DNA of 63,945 bases, counting the filler, from Bipalium vagum (lineage: Eukaryota): NCBI GenBank assembly GCA_037834085.1. It is 4 parts of 4 records of this genome, joined end to end, with 100 filler letters (N's around TTAATTAATTAA, not from the genome) between each part and the next. Parts side by side here need not be neighbours in the genome. Positions count along the whole stretch, not along the records: positions 1 to 16,113 come from JBBMKC010126390.1; 3 more parts are not named here. One strand, written 5' to 3'. The notes beneath the pieces were generated by a model. The model saw only the letters and a program-made list of their open reading frames with translations, ran no database searches and had not been told where the DNA came from. The position numbers were made by a program, and so were the translations under genes. Below are positions 1-11,390 of this stretch, one piece after another; the first letter of the stretch is position 1; the number at the start of each line of letters is the position of its first letter.

Positions 1-73
1 TTCAATTTTAGATTTATAATTAAAAATCATCAGCCGCAGATTAAGAACCATTCCAATCTGCTCTTCAATGCTG

Positions 74-121
74 TCACCTTTCACATGCGCATGGAGTGCT
101 CTACCGCTGAGCTACGTCCCC
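74..121 (-). pseudogene. tRNA-Ala-derived relic (5' two-thirds, degenerate CGC anticodon arm, no T-arm); possible SINE head
   Basis: Minus strand reads GGGGACGTAGCTCAGCGGTAGAGCACTCCATGCGCATGTGAAAGGTGA: tRNA-Ala 5' acceptor strand plus A-box/D-arm; GTTCGA B-box and 3' acceptor strand absent. Confidence 0.7.
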
Positions 122-313
122 CATTCATTTGTCATATAAATTCCTTACATATATAATTAATAATTGCAATCAATAAATAAAAATTTCAAAATACGATTGA
201 GAATAAAACCATAAAGTCACAATAGAAAATGAAGTTAAAAGAAAATTAAAAACATAATATTTTTCAAGTTCTTATTTAAACAAAATATTTATTGTTTTTA
301 AAAAAAATAATTA

Positions 314-2580
314 CAGTCAAATCCGAATGTAAAAGACCCACATATAAGAGTATAAATTATTTGTACTAATAATGATTGTGTAAAGCATTTTACCCGCGTG
401 TAAGAGATAATTATATAGTCACCTAATTCTGTTAATAATTTTTCACTACACAAAAAATTATTTTTTAAAAAGTATATAATAAAACAATGTATGTATTTCT
501 TTCACATGGTTACAATTATAACTAAAACTTGAAATTATTTTGACAAAAAGTTGAGCTTTTGAAGTGAAAATTATAAATAACTAAATACATAAAGTTCTAA
601 ATTTAAAGTAAGGATTTTGATTACATTAGTATTACATTGTTTTAAAAAAATTAGTACTTATAACTTAATTGAAATTCAAATTGTTTTTTTCAAATAATTC
701 CGCCTATATGACCTAAAAATGCAAGGTTTTCTCCTTGAAAGACAAAATTAACGTCCTTCAAGTAGTGAAAGATAAAGTTAAGATAAATTTGATTCTTACG
801 CGCTTTTTAATAGAATTGTCAACATTACACAAAATAAAGAATAAAAATAATAGAAAATGCCTCGCTAACGAATAAAAATTGGAAATCCAAGAAAAATAAG
901 TCCAGGTCCCACGATTCATTAAAAAATGTACTGTGCCAAAAATGACAATATCTCTGGTTCGACCCTGATGGAAAAAGCTAGACAACACGCTATGTCAATG
1001 AATCTCAATTTTGAACCATCCAATGACTGGTTGCAGCAGTGGAAAGAAAATGAAAATGTAACATTTCATACAATACAAGTAAAAAAATATAAATAAAAAC
1101 AGATAATATTCCTTGTTATTTATCTTGTGTGATGTCCTATCATTTATGGCAGAAATGTTATGCTGACGTTGAAATGGCAAAAGATTGGATTACGAATGTT
1201 CTGCCAGCAGTCCTAGCGGGTTATGAAAAGAAAGACTGATATAATGCTGATGAATCCTACCTATTCTTTAAAGCCATACCTCGAGGCACTTTAGCTGTGC
1301 GAGGTGATCATCCATTCGGAGGGAAGAAACAGTAGGAGCGTTTCACTGTATTATTTCTTTGTAATCAAGATGGATCAGATAAAAAGGCATTTGTTATTGG
1401 AAAATATGTTACGCCTCGTGCATTCAAGAACCTGATTAGCTTGCCTTTATCATAGTACAGCAACAAGGAGATGTGGATGGTCAGTGAGTTGTGGACTGAA
1501 ATCCTACTAAACTTCAACAGGTATCTTCAACGACAACAATAGCATGTTCTACTTTTGACAGATAATGCTGCATGCCATAAGTTGGTGAATGCAAAGTGGT
1601 TTAATGTTTGCCTCGTTTTTCTCTCCCCAAACACTATTTCTCTGATTTAGCATCTGGATCAAGGAATCATTCACTACATCAAAGTATACTACTGGCAGCA
1701 ACTCATGCGCAAACAGCTCACCAGCTTGGAAGATGGTGAAAACATTAATGATTTCAACAAAAATATCATAATCTTGACGGGTTGAAATATGCATGTCACA
1801 ATTAAAAAAAAAACTTTTCAAAATTGTTTTCGTAAAACCAGCTTTGAATGTGAAGTTAACGAAAACTTCCATGTGTCAAAGAAGTTGCGGTCAAAATTAA
1901 TTGCTTAACAGAAAATGAATTGAAAGAATGAATGAAAATGGACAATGAGATACTTTGCTATAGTGAATTGACAGACATTGAGATCATAAATCAAGTGATG
2001 AACACCTCAAGCACTGAGAATATTGAGGAGACCGATGAGTAAGATTTTTCTGTCATTCACAATTATCGTCGATGTGTGGTATTGGTTTTTCTGAAAACTC
2101 TGCTTCAATACAATGATACAAAATTCAGTGATCGTGTGAAATTGTTAGATATTGATCAAGAACTTCTTCAGCACATCCAGGTTATGGTCTCCAATAAATT
2201 AAAAATTACAGAATTTTATTAAGTGTACAACTATGACTCCGGCTTTATTTAAAATGATAATAAAAATTTTGTTTGCATATATATCTAGATTATATTGATT
2301 TGATTTATAAGCAAAAATATCATATTAATAATATCACGAGACGATAAAAAATATTTTAGTGAATTCAATATTCTTTGTCGTTTAATTATCTTACTTTATG
2401 GAGTGGAAACAAAATATTTTATTAATATCACTATATCGATATGTAAGAATGGCAATAAATATTGATAATTTAATGTTAAACTACTTACTAATATTTTTTA
2501 AGTAGTAGGAATGACTAAACCCGCATGTAAGAGACATTTACGCAGGTCCCGTCCTATCTCTTACATCCAGGTTTTGACTG
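314..2580 (+). mobile_element. Full-length decayed Tigger-like pogo DNA transposon
   Basis: TIRs CAGTCAAATCCGAATGTAAAAGAC (314) and revcomp CAGTCAAAACCTGGATGTAAGAGA (ends 2580), TA on both flanks, subterminal CCCGCRTGTAAGAGA repeats (~393, ~2520). Disrupted transposase ~708-2220 with psq-HTH start and NADES, ERFTVLFLCNQDG, LLTDNAACH, LDQGII motifs. Confidence 0.92.
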
Positions 2581-2589
2581 TATATTAAG

Positions 2590-2970
2590 TTTAATCATAT
2601 ACAATAAATATTAACTGCTGATAACAATAAATAAGAGAAAAATTAAATACTTTCATTTGTGCTATTGAAGAAATGATTCTCGCCATTAAACAAAATATCT
2701 CTAATAATATTTTCGAAAGAATTTTCAATTTTTTCTAATAACCAATTAAATATTTTTCAAAATTTTCAACAATTCAAGAAATTATAAACTCTTTTGAAGT
2801 GCTTGGAATCATTACACAATAACAGGAATCTACTTAACTTATACTCAACTAATTTTTGCAAATTTTTAATAAATCAATTTATTTTACTATCATCCTCAAG
2901 GGAATACATAATTCAGCAAGTTTATTGGTAGCTCTTTTTTTCTCATTAAAAATAAAATAACCATTTATCA
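2590..2970 (+). repeat. Diverged inverted copy of ~6045-6490
   Basis: Shared blocks such as TTTTGAAGTGCTTGGAATCATTACAC, TTTCGAAAGAATTTTCAA and TCTCATTAAAAATAAAA occur here and as reverse complement at 6050-6490. Confidence 0.85.
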
Positions 2971-3250
2971 ACTCATGAGTTGGGATATTGTGTAACCAGA
3001 AAAGAGATATTAGCACTGCATGAATTCATTCTCCATTTCAAATAATATTTATACTAGAAACGTTTCATGACCCGTACGGATCATAAAGCTCTACTTTTAA
3101 GCATTCTATAAAAATCCAATTAATCCACAATTTCAAAATTGGCTACCTAACTTGTCGAAATTCAACTTTGAATGAAAGTATAGTAAAAGAAGAAGAGTAC
3201 AAAATACTGAAGGCTTGTCAAGAATATCAAATGTTTTGTGTTCTTGTAAG
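2965..3250 (+). mobile_element. Ty3/Gypsy RNase H fragment
   Basis: HELGYCVTRKEILALHEFILHFK*YLY*KRFMTRTDHKAL...FQNWL matches the Gypsy RNase H C-terminal motifs. Confidence 0.8.
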
Positions 3251-3497
3251 ATCTAACGAATTTCATTAATCATAAATAATTTCTATAAATATTATACAAT
3301 TCGAAAATTAAATTATTTTTAGCTCCAAAATTTACTCTTATATTCATTTTATATTCAAGTTTATCTATAACTAATATTATTGTAAACTCATTTTTCAAAG
3401 AAACCAATTTGTTCTTGCAAAAATCTTAGTTTATTGAAATGAATTTAATTAAAAACGTCATAAATATTCTATTAATAATCAATATCTCAAACTTTTC

Positions 3498-4360
3498 TTA
3501 TCTTCGTTTCAGTTTCAATATTACATACAAACTTATTCTTTTTTCTTTATGACAACCTTTTGCTTCCAGGCATTTGATCCATCGATTTATCACAGAAAAG
3601 AGATCATTTTCGAAGAAAGTTGTAGGCTTTTCAATGAAAACATCTTGAAATATTCGTATGAGATCATTTTTAGACTCAATTCTCTGACTTCGCAAATGCT
3701 TCATTAAGTGATGAAACAAGAACAAATCACTGGGAGCCAAATCAGGGCTATAAGGTGGATGTGAAACCACAAAACTTTTTTCCAGTATAACATCCACAGT
3801 TCGGTTAGCTTTATGAACTGGAGTATGAAGAGAAATAGGCCTTGATTCTTTGCCTTCCATCGCAGCTTTCTCAGATCACTAAGCAGTGCATAATAGTAGT
3901 GAGAGTCGTTGTTTCTTTGGACAAAGTCAATTTTGATCACATCTTTTGCATCCCAGAATACACTGAGAGTCAGAAATTTCCAATGAGATGTCCCTGAATG
4001 AAGCACCTTTGGTGCCTTTTCCTCAGGAAACACCCATTCACGAGACTCAGGCTTACTGTATAGAATGTAAAGGCTCAATGAAGTCTCGTTCTATGTTACA
4101 ATATTCTTCAAAAAACTCTGTTCAAGAAAATGAAATAGGTCCAAAATTTCTTGACATGTTTTCATTCGATTTTGTCGCATCTCTACTGTCAAAAAACGCG
4201 AAAACTCTGGCATACAATTTCCTGACTCCAATACTTTCTAGCATGTTCTGTACAGTCTTCTTAATTAAATTAAGTTTAGTTGAAAGATATCTCTGGATAA
4301 TTTGTCTATCTTCTTTGACGATTATTTTCAATTTTTGTCAACAAAAGCTTACCACTTAAA
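3498..4360 (-). mobile_element. Decayed mariner (DD34D-type) transposase
   Basis: Frameshifted pieces: ESREWVFPEEKAPK, SVFWDAKDVI, SHPPYSPDLAPSDLFLF, RWIKCLEAKG. Confidence 0.9.
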
Positions 4361-4889
4361 AAAATATAATAATGCTTACTTATATATATTAATTAATTTA
4401 TTTTAAAATTTCATGAAATTCCTACTTGTATTTCTACACGAGTCTAAGGACTTTTAATCCACATCATGTTCGGTATGGTACCGTTCATATGTTTGAAGTC
4501 CTGTAAAAATTTATATAATAATGGATTACGAATTAAATTTTGAGCTTTATGATTTGAACTATTTTAACTGACATACATATTGATATTCGTCTTATATTTC
4601 ATTAAAAAAATATTAATTTGTTTGTGTATAATTCTTAAATTTTATTTGTCTAATAAAGATTTTTTAAATATATCATATTATTGAAATTTATAAACTATTA
4701 AAGTTCTCATTAATTTATTAATTAAAACTACATGCACAATGTAGTACTCATTGTCACCCTATATATTTTATAGATTTAGAAAATTTATTGTTAAATTTGT
4801 CTGTTTTAGATAGACATTAGAAAATTAGTTATTCAACAATTTAAAGACGACATCCTACTTTTTAGAATGCCATTTTTATTTTTGAACAC

Positions 4890-5260
4890 CCTATGAAAAC
4901 GTTTTCAAAAGGAGGATTCAGATGGATTCTTTTTCCTGTCAAGACGTATTAAAGAAAGGGTTGTTACCGGTAAATGAATCAAAACTTATATTTCAGGAGT
5001 CCCAAATACCAATCCATAAATGAAAATTCCTTTTTTCAGTTTTAAACAAGTCACAGTTGTGTCGTCAATAACTGGCCGATTTAATCACCAAATCTGAATA
5101 TAATTGACCCATTGTGGACAGACCTGAAAGCCAGGGTTTTTAGATGTAGGGAGACAAATATTGAGACTCTTTGGAGGACATTGACTAAGCATTGGGCTAT
5201 GATTCCTGCATCTAAAATTAAAAATCTGTATGCAAGCATGCCGAGAAGGATCTAAGAAGT
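4890..5260 (+). mobile_element. Tc1 transposase C-terminal remnant
   Basis: NWPI*SPNLNIIDPLWTDLK...WAMIPASKIKNLYASMPRRI matches the Tc1 WPxxSPDLNxIE..W and SMPRR motifs. Confidence 0.8.
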
Positions 5261-5624
5261 ATATATTTTTTAATAATCTATACATTTTTATTCGTTTTAT
5301 TGAAATTTAATAATTTTAAATCGTTAAGTTTCTAAGAATTAGTTAAAAGTTCAATTTCTTTTGATTTACTAACAGTAAGTAAACGTTTTTTGACTTTTAA
5401 CAGAATTATTAAAAAATGTTACACTGTTTATTTGATATTATAAATTAATAAAATAGTAAAATAAAAAAGGTTTCTTAGATCTTTAGGAATATAACTAATA
5501 ATTTTAAAAGTTTTGAAAACCCAAACAGAAAGTAAACAAGTGTACGTGAAAAAAAGAAATTAATTATTCTAATGTAAAATAATTTTAATATATAAATTTA
5601 AGTTTGTTTAAATATTATGTTCAA

Positions 5625-5813
5625 ATGACCAGGTACTACTGCGATTATTGTAATGTATATTTACAATCGGAATCTCTAAAATGTAGAAGAAAACACAATG
5701 TCGAAGATTTTCATATTAAAAATGTTCAAAGTTATTATACAAACTGGGTGGTGACCACATCTATGAAGGCGGCATTTGCTGCTTCTCTCAAATCAAAAAA
5801 TTTTAAATTTTAA
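5625..5813 (+). CDS. Divergent intronless U1 snRNP C (U1-C)-like matrin zinc-finger protein, 62 aa
   Basis: MTRYYCDYCNVYLQSESLKCRRKHNVEDFHIKNVQSYYTNW aligns without gaps to the U1-C N-terminus (C6, C9, H24, H30, NV..YY..W41 conserved); ATG at 5625, AATAAA near 6003. Confidence 0.8.
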   Translation: MTRYYCDYCNVYLQSESLKCRRKHNVEDFHIKNVQSYYTNWVVTTSMKAAFAASLKSKNFKF

Positions 5814-7269
5814 ATATTTTTTATCCAAATTTTTACAATGGTTCACAGGAATATTAATTTAATCTTAATGCTTCTTGGGTTATTTACTTAACTGTGAGTT
5901 TTTAAGTTGGAAAAGATGACAAACCGAATTAAAGGTATAGATTTTATTCGGAATATGTTTTGTAGTTTTATTTAAACGATCAATTTGTCAAGAATTTTTA
6001 CAAATAAAGAAGTTTATTTTTTATGGTGTTACAATTGATTTTAATGATGAATTTTTTATTTTTAATGAGAAATAAAGAGCTACTAATAAAGTTACTGAAT
6101 GATGTATTCTGTTGAGGATGACCGTGAAAAAAATTTTTTTAATAATAGTTTTTGCAAATATTAGTTGAGTTTAAGTAGATTCCTGTTAGTGTGTAATGAT
6201 TCCAAGCACTTCAAAAGATTTTAAATTAATTACTTATTTAACATGTCAAGTGATTTTCAAATGTTTTACTTAAAGATATTTTTATGTAGAAATATATACA
6301 CTTGAAAGTCATTCATCTTTAGAGAATATAATTTCTTGAATTGGTGAAGATTTTGTAAAATATTTAATTGATTACTAGAAAAAGTTGAAAATTCTTTCGA
6401 AAATATGATTAGAGATATTGTGTTCAATGACGAGAACCATTTCTTATTTATTGTTATCAAAAGTTAATGTTCATTCTATATGATTATACTTGTTATAATG
6501 AAATATTTGTTCTCTTTCACTAAAAAAATTGGATTTTAATCTTCGTTGGCCTCTTTTGAAGCTGGAGTAATTTATTTTCTGTGATATATCAAGATCTTGA
6601 GTTTTCTATGAATGTCATCGTCATTATATTAATCTTTTGTAGTCTTTGAATTGCAGAAATATTTTGTATTTTTTAAACAGATTTTTCTAAAATTTTAAAA
6701 TAATTTATATCATATCGGACATAAACAGAATGGGTTATTGCTGTGTAATTTAAATTTAACTTACATTTCCTAATTTTTTTCAACAGTTCTGAGTAGTTTT
6801 GTTTTAAAATGTTTGAAGTTTTTATTGAAAGAAGCCCATCAATTTTATTTAAACTCCGTTTATAAATCTGTATTTAAAAAAAATTACCTGATTCCAATAA
6901 AGTTTTTAAATATCATTTGGTTAAACCTTGGTGTTTAAATAACAGAACCCTAGGTTACCAGGTTATGTTTGTTATTTTAAAATAAGTTACTTTTTTTTGT
7001 AATAATAAAACTTTGAGATCGCAAAATTAAATCAGATCCTGACTTTCATTATTTTTTGTGAATGTTTTTCTATCCATCTGGTCTCGAATATTTATCTGTT
7101 GTCTGCTATCTAATATTATATTTGTTTGATGTCTTTCAGGGCTTTAACTAAAAATTTGTGTTTGGTTGAACTAGTACACCATTCCTCAAAGCGTAAAATT
7201 TGTCATTAAATTCAATAGGACCAAGTGCACAATGTGTTTATATTTTTAAAAATTTATTTTTATTTCTAA

Positions 7270-9290
7270 TATAGAAAATATAAAATGATCCCTCAAATAG
7301 AGAAATTAAAGGACATTTCATATATTAAAGAAAAATAAATTGAATTTATAAAAGAAGAATATTATTTGTAAGGATAACAGAAGACTATGAAACCATTGGA
7401 CGCTGAGGACGAATAGTATCAGACCCACAAATATGGATATGATTGGAAACTACGACATTACGACCTACAACTATAGTGAAGTTGACGAAAAGTTAAAGAG
7501 GAAAGTTAGGGACGAGACCCCAGATGGAAGGACTCTGTAGACGAGTTGATATTAACCTTGTGTTGTAACACCATGATTGTAACTTGCACGGCGGTTTGTC
7601 AGAAGAAGCATTTTGATGTGAAAATTACAAAATACAAATTAAATTCTTAAAGAAAAAATAGAAATAGAAAAGGAATTTTAAATACTAATGCCTACTGGAT
7701 ACAGGATCCAAAATAAATGTATTGAACGATATTGTTTTCAACAAACTGAGGACTGCTGACCACCTAAAACAGATATAAGATTAAAATGCTCGAATAATAC
7801 GATGCTAGATACTTTAGATGATTGCAACCAAGATTAGAGGGAGATAGGAACTAGTGGTACATATCGTGGAATTAGGCTTATGTCCAGACATCATAGGCAA
7901 GATCAACCATCGGATTTCGGGTATTTAAAATGACAGATAGTGCCATGGACACAACAAAGGCTTATAAATTTTGTTTTAGAAACAAAATTTGAGAAAGTAG
8001 GATCAGATGTGAAACATGTTAGAATAGCATTGAAGCTTCTAAGGGCAGCGATAACCTAGTTAGAATGATAAAAACAATTGAACAGCCTTAATGCGGACGA
8101 ATGGGATATCAAATGCACCAGGCTTGTAAAAAACCAAATAGTAACTAACGGGGATCCGATCAACATGAAAGCGTTGAGGTTGCCCATTAACCTGGCTGAC
8201 CAGATAAATGCAATGATACTACATCTTGGGAAAAATTGTATTGTTAATATACAATTAAATATTAACCAAACTGAATTTAATTTTGATTTCAAATTCCAAA
8301 ATACTGGTATGTTCGAATCAATTCTTTCAGCACAAAAGAAAAATCACTTCACAATAATATCACTTCGAACCAATTCGCTTAATTCTAGTTTTTGTTCTGT
8401 TTGAATTTGTTCTCTTGCTTTATTTTTGTTATAGTTTTGTCCTGCTAATATTGTTCTGATTGCAGAAAATCTAGTAGTTGCTTATGTATTCTCCAGTTTT
8501 CCTCAATTGGCTAATCATTAATCATTGCAAGGATAACTTCCTTCGTCTGACTTTGCCTACGCAGCAGCCCAGAGCTTTCAATTATCAAGCTAAACCAGAC
8601 CTTAGTCACCTAAGCTGAATAATTGACTCTGCGGCTGCTCTCAACAAAAAACCCCACGAGCTCTTCTTCTCTGCGTGGGCCATCCGCTCCCCCTTCCATT
8701 AAGAAAATGACAATTCGGGAGCTTAAATTAATTATTCAGATCGGCCCAAACGTGTTCACTCGAGCTGAATAATTGAATGAACTAGGTTTCCTAAAAAATC
8801 CTCAATGAGAATAAATTTTGGAAGAAATACAAAATAGAAACAATGAGAAATTAATTTTGGCACAGAGTGACGATGCTTTCCACTCATGTAAAAAGAATTA
8901 ATGAAAATTCCAGCTCTAATTTTTCAAGATTTTCGAAAAAATTCCTTTCAAAAACGGATGCAAACTTTGATACTATAGAGGACTGTTATCCTAAGAAGAC
9001 AACGACGGGAACGCGAGGGTAATTGGTTATAGATCACAAGAAATGAACACACATGAAATTGGATTCTGCATCACCAGGATGGAATTGTTAAGCATCTATC
9101 TTTTTAAATTTACAAGGAGCAGTAGTAAAGATGACAAATCATGTCCAGCATGCCAAAGAAACAAAGTGATAACAACAAAACAAAGAAACCAACCATACAA
9201 TTCATAGCTGGAGAAGTCCTCGAGAAAATATACACATGGATATGTAGTCATTCAAAGGAACCTTCAAGAGGAAGAAATATATTAAAAATA
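7270..9290 (+). mobile_element. Fragmented Ty3/Gypsy gag-pol remnant (protease, PR-RT linker, RNase H, integrase N-terminus)
   Basis: CLLDTGSKINVLN (~7689), DIKCTRLVKNQIVTNGDPINMKALRLP (~8105), VIGYRSQEMNTHEIGFCITRMELLSI (~9020), SCPACQRNK..EVLEKIYTWIC (~9140), in canonical Gypsy order with internal deletions. Confidence 0.85.
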
Positions 9291-9579
9291 ATTATCCGCT
9301 TAGCAAATATGCTGATCGTCAAACACCACATAATTATTTACATTCATTTTAAATAATTTTATTTATATATAATGTCAAGTTCCAGGGTATTGTACATTAC
9401 TTCAAAGTAATATATCTTTCATTATATTAGAAATCTCGTTAAGGATTGTTTTACAATCTTCATTTTAAATTAAAGCATAATTTTTCAAAAAGTTAATTAT
9501 TAAGCATTTCCTAATATTTTATTAAATGTTATGTAATTATTTTTTATTTGTGCACGATGTTTTTATTTTTAGCAATTAA

Positions 9580-11390
9580 ATGATAAGTTTGGCTAAAAAA
9601 ACTGAAGCCTTTGTTTAAAAGGAAGATGGATTAAATTACGCCAAAATAGGGTAAATATTTTGAAATTTCCAAGAAACTCAGAAATTAGTTTATGCAGATA
9701 TGTAAAGAAAGATATCTGTAAGAAACGGGGACAAAAGTTGGATTTGATTGTGATTTGAACATTTCTTTATCGGCTATTCAAAGGCACATGAGAAGAAGTG
9801 GAATGAGATATAAAAAAGTACATCTGATTTATTTAAGTAAGAAACATAAGGAAGACTGATTGTCAAAAGTAAGTAACTGGGTTAGTGAAAACCATGTATT
9901 GGAATAAAATGTTTTCACTGACGAAAAAAAAGTTTAGTCTGGATGGCTCTGATCATTGGCGAACATATGTTTCAAAAAATGAACATATTTGTCAACAGTG
10001 CCGAAAATGCGGAGCGGCGGCAATATAGTTTGAATGATGGCATTGCAAAATGGCTTATTGCCAGAATGTTATTAAAGAAAAATTTAATTTTGCAATATAC
10101 ACAATATCAATAAGAACTGATAGATTACTCAAAAGAATTTCAAGAGCAAACAATAACCTATCCGTGGTACAAGTAACCAATGACTTTTTATCTCAAAGTA
10201 GTACTACAATATCATCGAGTACAGTAAGAACAATCCTAAAAAAATTTGGAATTCATGGTTACAGAGTATAAGGAAACCTTTCTTATCAATAAGACAAAGA
10301 CAAAAGAGAATGTTATGGGCCAACAAGTATAAGAACTGGGATTTTAATAAGTAGAAAAATGTTGTCTTCAGTGACGAAAGCATTTTCCAGTGTTATAGTC
10401 AGCATGGGAAACAATGGGTGTTACGGACAGAAAATGACAAAGGCAAACCAGGAAATATACACCCAACTATGAGTCACGGACTTAAAATAGATGTATGGGG
10501 ATACTTTTCTTCAAATGGTGTGGGATTATTAAAGAAGATAGAAGGTTTCATGGATGACAAATTATATCAGAGAAGAAAAGAAAATGACATTGATGTCGTT
10601 GGTAAATGCTTAGTATTCCTCGAGATTAATTTCATATTCCAAAAAGACATGAAACCTCCACATAGAGCTTTGAGCACGTATAAAAAGTTTAAAAGTAAAA
10701 ATATTGATGTGATAAATTGGTCAGGAAATTCTCCGGATGTCAAACCAATTGAAAATATTTGGGGATACCTTAAGCATTCAATGCAAAATGTTCCATACCA
10801 TTCCAAAGAACAATTGTGGAAAGAAGTTTTAAAAAATTGGTATTTTTTGAATAGAAAATATTGTCAAAATCTCGTGGAATCAATGAAGATGCGAGTCAAA
10901 TCTGTTCTCAATATGAAAGGGCATCCAACTAAGTATTAGAATGTAATTGTGGTGCATATTTGATAAGCATATCTTGACTTACATTCGTTTTTATTTATTT
11001 TGATAGGGGGTGAACAAACCTTTGGAGGGTACTGCATATATACATATATAACTGTAAAAGTCAAGTACTGTGCAAATTTTGACTCAGATTTTTGACTACA
11101 ATTCTCTTGTTCACAAATCAAAAAAAGTCAAAGAATCTAGTGACATTAAGATTTTAAGTTGGTCAGCTAAAAGTCCTGATCTAAACATTGCAAAAGCCAT
11201 TTGGAAATTAATTTCAGATCAAGTCTAAGACGCTCCTCAATTTCAAAATGTCAATGAATTAACTACCAAACTGAAATATGTTGTGGACGACATTGTTCAA
11301 TCCTAACGTACAAAAATCACAAAATTGTTTAAATCTTACAGAAGACCTTTATGTAAAGTTTATTAAAAAGAAGTTCCTCATGTAACAAAT
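9580..11390 (+). mobile_element. Decayed Tc3/Tc1-like element interrupted by a second Tc1 insertion
   Basis: KKFSLDGSDHW (~9930) before the inner element and WSAKSPDLNIAKAIWKLISDQV (~11160) after it. Confidence 0.7.
10100..11034 (+). mobile_element. 5'-truncated Tc1 (DD34E) element
   Basis: STVRTIL, VVFSDESIF, FQKD(34 aa)E in WSGNSPDVKPIENIW, KGHPTKY stop at 10939; right TIR revcomp CAGTACCCTCCAAAGGTTTGTTCACCCCC ends 11034. Confidence 0.9.
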
